Assembly (NCBI GenBank): GCA_039809905.1
Contig: JBDHVY010000001.1
Span: 1,140,001-1,172,000 of the forward strand
Direction: 5' to 3'
Length of the DNA: 32,000 nt
Source: Candidatus Babelota bacterium
Lineage (GTDB): Bacteria > Babelota > Babeliae > Babelales > Vermiphilaceae
Position 1 is the stretch's first letter; each line of letters begins with the position of its first letter. The position numbers were made by a program, and so were the translations under genes. A model generated the notes under the pieces. The model had not been told where the DNA came from and searched no databases. It worked only from the letters and a program-made list of their open reading frames with translations. Below, one piece after another: positions 17,170 through 25,657 of this stretch.

Positions 17170-18246
17170 ATGATGTATGCTGGAGTTGCGCTTATTTTTT
17201 TTCTTATGCATATAAACTCTTTTGCTGCCATGAGTAATGAACATCTTATAAAAGAGAGTATAGATTTATCCAATGCAACCCATATAGCTTTTGTTAATAA
17301 GAGTTCATCGTCTAAAAAAATTATTATTCATTCATGCCGGAGCGAGGATGATGGTGAAACTTTTAGAAGTTTGTATCCAATAAAAATTTTTGATTTTGAT
17401 ACTAAAAAATTAAAAGATTTACCTGTATTGGCATCTGTTCAAGACCACGAATTCACCATTTTTAAAGCTAATACAAAGCAGACGCATATAGTTCTCAGTT
17501 CCATTTGCTATGAACCTACGAAACTTTTAGTATATGATGCTGTTAAAAACGAATGTTTTACTGGCAAATTTTCTAATAATCTCGTGAGAAATGTCTTTTG
17601 GAATTATGAGGATAACTATCTTTTAGGTTATGATCATTTTTCTCAAGAGGGGCATATTATTGATTATGAAAATGGTCAAGAAAAAGATGATAAAATATCT
17701 ATGAATGAAATAGGTTATATAACAAAGTGTTTTTCTTCCGAAAAATTTTTATTTACGAGACCAAATCAAGAAAAAAAAGGAGAAATTCTTTATTTAGGTA
17801 ATGCACAACAATCTCAAATATGTGCAATTAAAGAATATCCTATACCAGTTGATGAAGCGTCTAATGAATATTTTTCTATTTTGCCGTTTAGTAATTCGAA
17901 TGCAGATAATTTTCTATGGAGTTATGAAATCGTAGATAATGTTACTCAAAAAATCATAGCGTTAAATGGTTCAAAAAAATTCGCTTATGCGATTGCATTA
18001 CATCCAATATTTCCCTATCTTGTCACCATGTCGGGTAAATATAGTAATATAATAGCTTTTTGGGCAGCAAAAACGGGAGTGCTTTTAAAAAAAGTATCGT
18101 TTGAAGAATTAAAAGAACGACCTCCTCATCTTACTCGTAATTATGATAGATTATTTTCCTTTTCTTCTTGTGGTAAATTATTAGCAATAGCTTTTCCTTC
18201 TCGTTGTATAGTAATTGATGTATCAGATATAAATTCTATTGCTTGA
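17170..18246 (+). CDS. Secreted WD/beta-propeller-like paralog C (lacks C-terminal tail)
   Basis: Leader ending AAMS; blade YAIALHPIFPYLVTMSGKYSNIIAFWAAKTGVLLKK; ends soon after FSSCGKLLAIAFPSRCIVIDV. Confidence 0.7.
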   Translation: MMYAGVALIFFLMHINSFAAMSNEHLIKESIDLSNATHIAFVNKSSSSKKIIIHSCRSEDDGETFRSLYPIKIFDFDTKKLKDLPVLASVQDHEFTIFKANTKQTHIVLSSICYEPTKLLVYDAVKNECFTGKFSNNLVRNVFWNYEDNYLLGYDHFSQEGHIIDYENGQEKDDKISMNEIGYITKCFSSEKFLFTRPNQEKKGEILYLGNAQQSQICAIKEYPIPVDEASNEYFSILPFSNSNADNFLWSYEIVDNVTQKIIALNGSKKFAYAIALHPIFPYLVTMSGKYSNIIAFWAAKTGVLLKKVSFEELKERPPHLTRNYDRLFSFSSCGKLLAIAFPSRCIVIDVSDINSIA

Positions 18247-18304
18247 GTTTATCTTGTATCCATGTACTCTTGTGATAAAAAATCTTTACTACAAGAGTTC
18301 ACTC
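18243..18304 (+). repeat. Intergenic element, copy 3 of 3, with inverted repeat
   Basis: CTTGAGTTTATCTTGTATCCATGTACTCTTGTGATAAAAAATCTTTACTACAAGAGT; arms ACTCTTGT (18266-18273) and ACAAGAGT (18291-18298). Confidence 0.6.
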
Positions 18305-18916
18305 ATGGCAAATATTTTATATTTTGGTTCCAAATCAAAACCTCGTCGTATGCTTCTGGAAGAAGCACAAATTCCCTTTATTGTTGTTGATCAAAATGCT
18401 GATGAAGCGCAGTGTGATTGGGGTTTGCCTTTGCAACAATTAGTGCTGAGTATTGCCCTGTATAAAATGCAACATGTTATGTTGCCTCATGGCAATCAAG
18501 AAGGTGAGATGTGCTTTGTTTTGACTGCCGATACCATGTCGCATGATAAAACAGGAAAAATTCATGGAAAACCAGTTGATAGAGATGATGCAATTTCAAA
18601 AATTAAAGCTGCTCGGCAAGGTTCATTTTTGTGTACAGCTTTTTGTCTTGATAGAAAAATTTGGCAATCAGGAAAATGGGTTACTCAGGAGCGTATTGCT
18701 GATATTGTATCAGCTGATTTTATTTATTATGTTGCAGATGAATGGATTGATTATTATCTCGAGAGAACTCCCTTTTTAGAGGTTTCCGGAGCAATTGCTG
18801 TTGAAAATTTCGGTAATCAATTTTTAAAAACAGTAAATGGTTCATATTCTACTATCATAGGATTGCCGCTTTTTGAGGTACGTAATGCGTTAGAAAAATT
18901 AGGATTTTATGATTAA
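18305..18916 (+). CDS. maf: Maf/YceF/YhdE-family nucleotide pyrophosphatase; track start at 18239 probably too early
   Basis: MANILYFGSKSKPRRMLLEEAQIPF...; FVLTADTMSHDKTGKIHGKPVDRDDAISKI; FLEVSGAIAVENFGNQFLKTVNGSYSTIIGLPLFEV. Confidence 0.85.
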   Translation: MANILYFGSKSKPRRMLLEEAQIPFIVVDQNADEAQCDWGLPLQQLVLSIALYKMQHVMLPHGNQEGEMCFVLTADTMSHDKTGKIHGKPVDRDDAISKIKAARQGSFLCTAFCLDRKIWQSGKWVTQERIADIVSADFIYYVADEWIDYYLERTPFLEVSGAIAVENFGNQFLKTVNGSYSTIIGLPLFEVRNALEKLGFYD

Positions 18917-18945
18917 ACAGGATTTACAACACGCAAGGGGTTTAT

Positions 18946-20187
18946 ATGCATAATTTTTTTGTATTGTTGTTTATTACTTTATTCATGTCATTAATTAATC
19001 AAGCTATGGATAATAAAAAATTTATTATCCAAGAGCAATCATTAGGTAAATCTGTAAATATTAGTGATGTTAGAGCGATTGCCTTTTTGAGTAATAGTGA
19101 GGTTGTTGCTTATCAGTGGCCTGGAGATGCCTTTGTTATTGATTTTTCTCATAATAAAATTTCTAATGATTTGAAATCTTATATACATGATGAAAAATGG
19201 AGTCTTTGTTCAGATCAATCTAAAACAAGAGTTATGTTTTCATGTAGAACTACTGGCGAGATAGTGATATATGATTCATTGTTAAAAAAAATCACATCAG
19301 ATATATTAGTTAATCAAGTCTATAGGTCTAAACAATGGCTTTTTTCATTTGATGAAGAGGAACCGCATTCTATAATAGTTGAACAGTTTTCCATAAATTC
19401 GTATGATTATATTAATAAAAAATACAAATTTAGCAGGTTTATGACAGATATTTTGTCTAATCATCAATTAGCGAGTCATCAATATATATACAATCCAATA
19501 TCAAAAACCACAGCAATTATTTCTGGATATGAGGGTGGTTTCAGAATCGATTATGGATCAGCATCTCATTTGGGTAAATCCATTAAAGTGGAATCTCCTC
19601 GTGCTCATAAAAATTATATTTGTAGCTTAGATATAGCTTTTATTGCCCATTATTCTGATATAGCACAATCCTCTATAGAATTAGTGTCACCAGAAGATGA
19701 AGATGATCTTAGAGATTTAACGTTTCAGAGCGCTTGTTGTATTACCAATATTAGAACAAATAATAATATATATCTTCATCATGATAAAGAAACTCGAGTT
19801 GCACCATGCTCAATGGCATTCCATCCCAATAATAAAGTTCTGGTAACGATGTCTGCTGCGGATAGAGCTATTGAATATTGGCAAGCGGATACGGGGCAAT
19901 TGCTTGGAAAACACGAATTGCCTATTGGTTATAAAAACGATTCTTGGTATGAAATAGGAACGTTTAATAAATATCTTTCATTTTCTGCAGACGGAGAATG
20001 GCTTGCAGCAGTATTAGAAGATATTATGCGTTTTCCGGTTCTTTTTGAAGCGCAGTGTGGCCTTGGAAAAAATAAAAATGAATTAATTTTGATATGGTGG
20101 TGTTTAAAAAACTATCAGTTGAATAAAATGACATTGCCTAAAGACATAATAAACACCATTTTTAATCGATTAAAAGTTAGTTGTTAA
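18946..20187 (+). CDS. Secreted WD/beta-propeller-like paralog D with F-box-like tail
   Basis: Leader ending QAMD; CSMAFHPNNKVLVTMSAADRAIEYWQADTGQLL; tail IWWCLKNYQLNKMTLPKDIINTIFNRLK. Confidence 0.75.
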   Translation: MHNFFVLLFITLFMSLINQAMDNKKFIIQEQSLGKSVNISDVRAIAFLSNSEVVAYQWPGDAFVIDFSHNKISNDLKSYIHDEKWSLCSDQSKTRVMFSCRTTGEIVIYDSLLKKITSDILVNQVYRSKQWLFSFDEEEPHSIIVEQFSINSYDYINKKYKFSRFMTDILSNHQLASHQYIYNPISKTTAIISGYEGGFRIDYGSASHLGKSIKVESPRAHKNYICSLDIAFIAHYSDIAQSSIELVSPEDEDDLRDLTFQSACCITNIRTNNNIYLHHDKETRVAPCSMAFHPNNKVLVTMSAADRAIEYWQADTGQLLGKHELPIGYKNDSWYEIGTFNKYLSFSADGEWLAAVLEDIMRFPVLFEAQCGLGKNKNELILIWWCLKNYQLNKMTLPKDIINTIFNRLKVSC

Positions 20188-20204
20188 AGATAATAAGGAT
20201 TGTA

Positions 20205-21503
20205 ATGATAAGCTTTCGTAAGCTATTGTTGATAACTATTTTTTTTGTATCATTTTTTGCTCAAGCTGCGCAACAACAAAAGCCACGTATAACGGTCAAC
20301 AATGTAATTATAAGTGAACCAAAACCTATTTTTATTAAAAAAGAATGGTTTGGTGAAGTTATTGATGTTCCGGGTGCACAAGAAATAGTTTTTCTGGGCA
20401 ATCATGAGATTGTTGCAAAACGTAAAGATAAAAAGCCTTTGATTATTAATCTTTCTTCTTCTGAAAAAACTGTTTTTTCAAGCGATTATTTAGAAGATCT
20501 TGCTACAGATCAACCTAAAAAAAGAGCGTTATTTTCATACATCACTTTTCTGTGCACCGAAATAGTGGTGTATGATTCGATATCAAAACGATTTATAGGA
20601 GCTGCGATTGACGTTGGTTATATGCATGGAAAAAAATGGAAACCTTGTTTTGATGAGCATGTCAATAAACCAGCATCTATAATAATGAGCGCAGGTGACA
20701 CTGGTTCTATTGTTTCGTATGATTATATGAATAATACAATTGATGGTGAAGATTTTATATCAAAAGTATGTGATATAAAATCTTCCAAATCTGAAAAGTA
20801 TAAATATGTATTTGATCACGATTCTCAAACGAAGACACTTATTTCTTCATGTTTAGGTAAGTTTAAAATCGATTACGAATTAAAACCTCATGCAAGTAGA
20901 GAATATCAAACAGGTAAACAATGTTTATACGGAAATTACATGTGTAATTCAGATATGTCTTTTCTCGCTTATTTTTCTAGTCTGTGGCATTTTCTTAAAG
21001 CTTCTACCTGGACGGAATGTAGTTTTTTGAATGAAGGAGATGATGGAGATCCTAAGATATACATTATGAATCTTGCAACAGGCGAGGAAAAATGCCTTTG
21101 TTATGATGAAAATGAGTATCTAGTTCCTTGTGCAATGCAATTTCATCCAAACAATAAAGTTCTTGTAACCATGTCTTTGGAGGATAAGAGAATTGAATAT
21201 TGGAATGCACCTACATCGCATTTACTTGCACGCCAACAATTGCCTATTTTTGATGAATATGAATTCGATAGTGATATGGAAACTTTTCATCAATATCTTT
21301 CTTTTTCAGCTGATGGTACATTGCTTGCAGCAGTATTTCCAAAGCTATTTCCAGATAAATGCATGATTTTTAACGTACCATTTTTTATTGCCCATGAAAA
21401 AAAATGTATTTGGCTATTATGGTGCTTAAAAAATTACCAATATGATGAAGCAAGATTGCCAAAAGATATAGTTAACTTGATTTTTCACCATTTAAAAAAC
21501 TAA
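20205..21503 (+). CDS. Secreted WD/beta-propeller-like paralog E with F-box-like tail; track start at 20181 is a TTG
   Basis: MISFRKLLLITIFFVSFFAQAAQQQ leader; CAMQFHPNNKVLVTMSLEDKRIEYWNAPTSHLL; tail WLLWCLKNYQYDEARLPKDIVNLIFHHLKN. Confidence 0.75.
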   Translation: MISFRKLLLITIFFVSFFAQAAQQQKPRITVNNVIISEPKPIFIKKEWFGEVIDVPGAQEIVFLGNHEIVAKRKDKKPLIINLSSSEKTVFSSDYLEDLATDQPKKRALFSYITFLCTEIVVYDSISKRFIGAAIDVGYMHGKKWKPCFDEHVNKPASIIMSAGDTGSIVSYDYMNNTIDGEDFISKVCDIKSSKSEKYKYVFDHDSQTKTLISSCLGKFKIDYELKPHASREYQTGKQCLYGNYMCNSDMSFLAYFSSLWHFLKASTWTECSFLNEGDDGDPKIYIMNLATGEEKCLCYDENEYLVPCAMQFHPNNKVLVTMSLEDKRIEYWNAPTSHLLARQQLPIFDEYEFDSDMETFHQYLSFSADGTLLAAVFPKLFPDKCMIFNVPFFIAHEKKCIWLLWCLKNYQYDEARLPKDIVNLIFHHLKN

Positions 21504-21530
21504 TACATTGTGAGGTAAGTCTGAGATAGT

Positions 21531-22682
21531 ATGAAGAATTTTTTTACAGCAATGATTTTTTGTTTTTTTGTGATATCATTTTGTCTTTTACCGATGGATA
21601 GTACATATAAACTTAGGGTAAAAAAAACTATTCCTTTCAAAGAATGTCATCATATAGCATTTTTGGAAAACAAAGCACTTCTTATTTCTTCAAAGAGTGA
21701 TAGGCAGCCATCTGGGGTTTTTGATTGGAAGAAAAATAAGCAAATAGATCATCCATTGCTCAAGCATGATCTATTTGCTTTTAAGATAGATCGTTGGAAT
21801 AGAAATATATTGCCATGGGGTGGTGGTAAAAAGATAATGCAGGGATATAATATAAAATCGCAGCAACTATGGGCTATTTCTATTCCAGAGCATACACGGA
21901 TAATAGATTTTTCTTGTCAAACACCAGATTTTTTGATTATCCAAGATGATTATTATACGAGCTATGATAGCAAAATATATTTATTGAATTGTAATAATGA
22001 TTCTAAAATGCTTCAAGAAACGATTACTTCTGTTTTGAGTAAGTATGAGCGACCTGTTTTACAATATTATAATCCGAATACACAGCAGGCTATATATACG
22101 GTTTTGGATGAACTATATGTTCATGATTTTCAAGATAATAATGTTACGATAGAAAAATTTACCACCGTTTCTAGCTCTCGTTATGGCAGTACGTATGTTA
22201 GTTTTGATAATGCTTTTGCAGTTCATTTTGTTGATCATTATACCTATTGTATAAATCTTTTAGGGAAAAAAAATATGGTTTTGTTGAATGACAATAAGAA
22301 TAGAAAACATGCGTCTGTAATGATTCACCCCAATAGCAAATATATTTTTACTATGTCGTGCCAAACTGATAGTACAATGGGTGTATGGAATGCAAAGGGC
22401 ATTTGTATTCTTGAACAAAAATCACCAACGCCTGATGAAGATGATAAAACAGAAAGGGCTCGTAATTATTCTGCTTATTGGAATGCTTTTTCGTTATCTT
22501 CTTGTGGAAAATATCTTGCAGTTGCTTTTCCAACACAATGCGTGATTTTTAAAGTACCGTTTTTTATTGCCAGTCCTGAAAAATGCATCGAGATATTATG
22601 GTGCTTAAAAAATTATGAACATGATCAAGCAAGATTACCAAAAGATATAGTGAACGTGCTTTTTCAGCAATTAAAAAACTAA
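21531..22682 (+). CDS. Secreted WD/beta-propeller-like paralog F with F-box-like tail
   Basis: Leader ending LLPMDSTYKL; ASVMIHPNSKYIFTMSCQTDSTMGVWNAKGICIL; tail EILWCLKNYEHDQARLPKDIVNVLFQQLKN. Confidence 0.75.
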   Translation: MKNFFTAMIFCFFVISFCLLPMDSTYKLRVKKTIPFKECHHIAFLENKALLISSKSDRQPSGVFDWKKNKQIDHPLLKHDLFAFKIDRWNRNILPWGGGKKIMQGYNIKSQQLWAISIPEHTRIIDFSCQTPDFLIIQDDYYTSYDSKIYLLNCNNDSKMLQETITSVLSKYERPVLQYYNPNTQQAIYTVLDELYVHDFQDNNVTIEKFTTVSSSRYGSTYVSFDNAFAVHFVDHYTYCINLLGKKNMVLLNDNKNRKHASVMIHPNSKYIFTMSCQTDSTMGVWNAKGICILEQKSPTPDEDDKTERARNYSAYWNAFSLSSCGKYLAVAFPTQCVIFKVPFFIASPEKCIEILWCLKNYEHDQARLPKDIVNVLFQQLKN

Positions 22683-22710
22683 TATATTGTGTGATAAGTA
22701 GAGGGGTGGT

Positions 22711-23880
22711 ATGAAGAGTTTTTTGCAACAATTAGTTGCTATTTTTTTCGTGATACCATTTTGTCTTTTGCCGATGGATAGTAAATATAAACTTACAGTA
22801 AAAAAAACTATTCCTTTCAAAGAATGTCATAACGTAGCGTTTTTGGAAAAAAACGCTATTGTTATCTGCTCAAAAGATATTAAATTGCATCATTATGAAG
22901 CTTTTGATTGGAAGGAAAATAAGAAAATAGATCATCCATTGCTTCAATATAATCTATTTTCTTTTACGGTAGATCGTTGGAACAGAAATGTATTACCATC
23001 GCAGGGCAATAAGAATGAGATAGAGGGGTATAATATAGAATTACAACAACCCTGGACTATTTCTATTCCAGAAACAGCAAGATTAAGAGATTTTTCTGAT
23101 CAAGATCCAGATTTTTTGATTATGGAGGATAATTTTTATGATAAAAATAATAGAAAGATATATCTTTTGAACTGTAAAGATAAATCAAACATATTTCAAG
23201 AACCAATCAGTTCTGCTTTGAATAAGCATGAAAAAGTACGGTTGCAATATTATAATTCGAGTACACAAAAAGCTATATATAATGTTGTTAATGAATTATA
23301 TATTCATGATCTTAAAAATAATAATATTCGTATAGAAAAAATTGATAGATCTCATTCTTATTATGGGGATATGTTTATTAGTTTTGATAATAGTTACGCT
23401 ATCTATCTTACGGAAAATAAGACCTACATGATAGATCTTGTAGAGAAAAAAAGACTATTTTTACTGAATGATCATGAAAATAGAGAACATGCAGCTGTGA
23501 TGATTCATCCCAATAGTAAATATATTTTTACCATGTCACGTGGCATGGATAGCATGATACAGATATGGGACAGCAAAGGAAATTGTATTTTGAAGCAAAA
23601 ATCACCAACGCCTGATGAAGATGATGCAACAGAAAGAGCTCGCAAATATAGTGCGTATTGGCATGCTTTCTCATTATCTGCTTGTAGAAAATATCTTGCA
23701 GTGGCATTTCCAACCCAGTGCGTGATTTATCGATTGCCATTTGATGTTATGTATGGTTCAGATTATCGTGAGACCTTTTCTTGTAAGCTTTTACTATTAA
23801 AAAATTGTTATAATTCTGCCATCCCTCGTGATATTGTGCGATTAATTTTAAAAAAATTAATGTATGTATCAAGGTGGTAA
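22711..23880 (+). CDS. Secreted WD/beta-propeller-like paralog G (second tail type)
   Basis: Leader ending LLPMDSKYKL; AAVMIHPNSKYIFTMSRGMDSMIQIWDSKGNCIL; tail YRLPFDVMYGSDYRETFSCKLLLLKNCYNSAIPRDIVRLILKKLMYVSRW. Confidence 0.75.
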   Translation: MKSFLQQLVAIFFVIPFCLLPMDSKYKLTVKKTIPFKECHNVAFLEKNAIVICSKDIKLHHYEAFDWKENKKIDHPLLQYNLFSFTVDRWNRNVLPSQGNKNEIEGYNIELQQPWTISIPETARLRDFSDQDPDFLIMEDNFYDKNNRKIYLLNCKDKSNIFQEPISSALNKHEKVRLQYYNSSTQKAIYNVVNELYIHDLKNNNIRIEKIDRSHSYYGDMFISFDNSYAIYLTENKTYMIDLVEKKRLFLLNDHENREHAAVMIHPNSKYIFTMSRGMDSMIQIWDSKGNCILKQKSPTPDEDDATERARKYSAYWHAFSLSACRKYLAVAFPTQCVIYRLPFDVMYGSDYRETFSCKLLLLKNCYNSAIPRDIVRLILKKLMYVSRW

Positions 23881-23894
23881 AAACAGGAGATGTT

Positions 23895-25061
23895 GTGGAG
23901 AGATTTTTGCAACAGTTGATTATTCTTTTTTTCGTGATGCCGCTTTGCCTTTTACCCATGGATAGTGCATATAAACTTATTGTTGAAAAAACAATTCCTT
24001 TTAAAGAATGCCACAGTGTGGTGTTTTTAAAAAAAAATGTTATTGCTCTTTCTTCAAAATATGCAAAATCTATGGTTTTTGATTGGAAAAAAAATGAGGA
24101 AATAGATCATCCATTACTCAAATATGATTTATTTTCTATGAAAGCTGATCGTTGGAATAAAAATATATTGCCATGTCAACCGAACCGCAGCATAGTAGAA
24201 GGATATGATATACAATTGCAACAACCATGGACTGTTTCTGCTCAAAAAATATCACTTTTAATAGGTTTTTCTGATCAAGAGCAAGATTTTTTGATTATCC
24301 AGGATCATTTTTATGATCCAAAGAATACAGAAGTACATCTTGTGAATTGCAAAACCGGTTTGCAAATATCCCAAGAATCACTCAGTACCGCTTTACGTAA
24401 ATGTGAAGGTGCACGATTGCGATACTATAATTCGAATACACGCAAAGCTATGTATACTGTTTCTGGTAGTACGTTATATATACAAGATCTTTCGGATCGT
24501 AATATTCCTGTAGAAAGTTTTGTTACAAAGGTCGATAACTCTCTTGGCCAGATATTTTCTAGCCTTGATAATACCTTTGCTATTTATCTTGTGGCACGTA
24601 TTGTCTATTTTATAGATCTTCTCGGAAAAAAAAATCCGTTTTTGCTAAGCGATCATAAAGATAGAAGGTATGCTGGTGTAATGATTCATCCCAATAGCAA
24701 ATACATCTTTACCATGTCGTGTGTTCTGGATAGCCTGATACAGATATGGGATACAAAGGGAATTTGTATTTTCGAGCAAGGATCACCAACACCTGAGGAA
24801 GATGATGCAGCAGAAAGAGCTCGCAATTATTCTTCATGTTGGGATGCCTTCTCATTATCTGCTTGCAGAAAATATCTTGCAGTAGCGTTTCCAACCCAGT
24901 GCGTGATTTATCGATTGCCATTTCATATTATGTATGGTTCAGATTATCGTGACGTCTTTTCTCGTAAGCTTTTACTGTTAAAAAATTGTTATAATTCTGC
25001 AATCCCTCGTGATATTGTGTGGTTAATTTTAAAAAAATTAATGTATGTATCAAGATGGTGA
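23895..25061 (+). CDS. Secreted WD/beta-propeller-like paralog H (second tail type); probable GTG start rather than track start 23874
   Basis: AGGAGA at 23885-23890 upstream of GTG 23895; VERFLQQLIILFFVMPLCLLPMDSAYKL; AGVMIHPNSKYIFTMSCVLDSLIQIWDTKGICIF; tail nearly identical to paralog G. Confidence 0.75.
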   Translation: MERFLQQLIILFFVMPLCLLPMDSAYKLIVEKTIPFKECHSVVFLKKNVIALSSKYAKSMVFDWKKNEEIDHPLLKYDLFSMKADRWNKNILPCQPNRSIVEGYDIQLQQPWTVSAQKISLLIGFSDQEQDFLIIQDHFYDPKNTEVHLVNCKTGLQISQESLSTALRKCEGARLRYYNSNTRKAMYTVSGSTLYIQDLSDRNIPVESFVTKVDNSLGQIFSSLDNTFAIYLVARIVYFIDLLGKKNPFLLSDHKDRRYAGVMIHPNSKYIFTMSCVLDSLIQIWDTKGICIFEQGSPTPEEDDAAERARNYSSCWDAFSLSACRKYLAVAFPTQCVIYRLPFHIMYGSDYRDVFSRKLLLLKNCYNSAIPRDIVWLILKKLMYVSRW

Positions 25062-25074
25062 GTAAACTAAAAAT

Positions 25075-25104
25075 AAAAAACCGGTAGAATTCTACCGGTT
25101 TTTT
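25075..25104. terminator. Bidirectional intrinsic terminator between convergent genes
   Basis: Perfect palindrome AAAAAACCGGTAGAATTCTACCGGTTTTTT. Confidence 0.9.
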
Positions 25105-25126
25105 GTCATCACAATGTTTTATTTGA

Positions 25127-25594
25127 TTAATTCATGAAATCGCTACTCAAAGGATTCCATTGTTTTAATAGTTCTTTGCATAATTGATCTTTTGGGTTGA
25201 TATGCGGATGCGCGTCAAGTTGTTTGGTGGTGTTTTCAATGCTTGTTCGTACTGTTTCATGATCAAGCATTGATGAATCAAAATGATCAAGAGTGGGCAG
25301 TAAATTCTTTTCTTTAGCTCTTTTTTCTACATGGTTATTAATTGCATCATTCAATAAGGTATCCATTAATTCAAAAAAATCGATGATACCATGATGCATT
25401 TCTTCTAAAACATTTTGATTAACATGAGCAGTTGTTTTTTGAATTTCATCATGTAATCCTTGAGCAACGGCTTTAGAAATTATTTTTTTAAGTTTTTCTA
25501 TATCATGTTGCTCAAGCCATCTTAACAAATGGAGTAATTCATACGAAAGTGCGAATTGTGTGTTGCCATCGTGTGAAAATGAATCATTATTCAT
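25127..25594 (-). CDS. Hypothetical protein
   Basis: 155-aa ORF in line with htpX/hspR; ends just before the shared terminator. Confidence 0.6.
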   Translation of the reverse strand: MNNDSFSHDGNTQFALSYELLHLLRWLEQHDIEKLKKIISKAVAQGLHDEIQKTTAHVNQNVLEEMHHGIIDFFELMDTLLNDAINNHVEKRAKEKNLLPTLDHFDSSMLDHETVRTSIENTTKQLDAHPHINPKDQLCKELLKQWNPLSSDFMN

Positions 25595-25657
25595 ACTATG
25601 CCTTTCGTTATTAGGGATATACTATACCTACTGTGTTTAGCCTTACACAATTGTTCA

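Noticed and set aside
23528-24921. Repeated minus-strand 70-aa ORFs (MAIDKSRTGLE...)
   Set aside because: They look like a conserved pair, but they are antisense images of duplicated paralogs G and H.
13420-25061. Array considered as a phage tail, defence island or toxin-immunity system
   Set aside because: No nuclease, helicase, phage structural or immunity signatures; members are all exported propeller-like homologs interrupted only by maf and an RfaE2-like gene.
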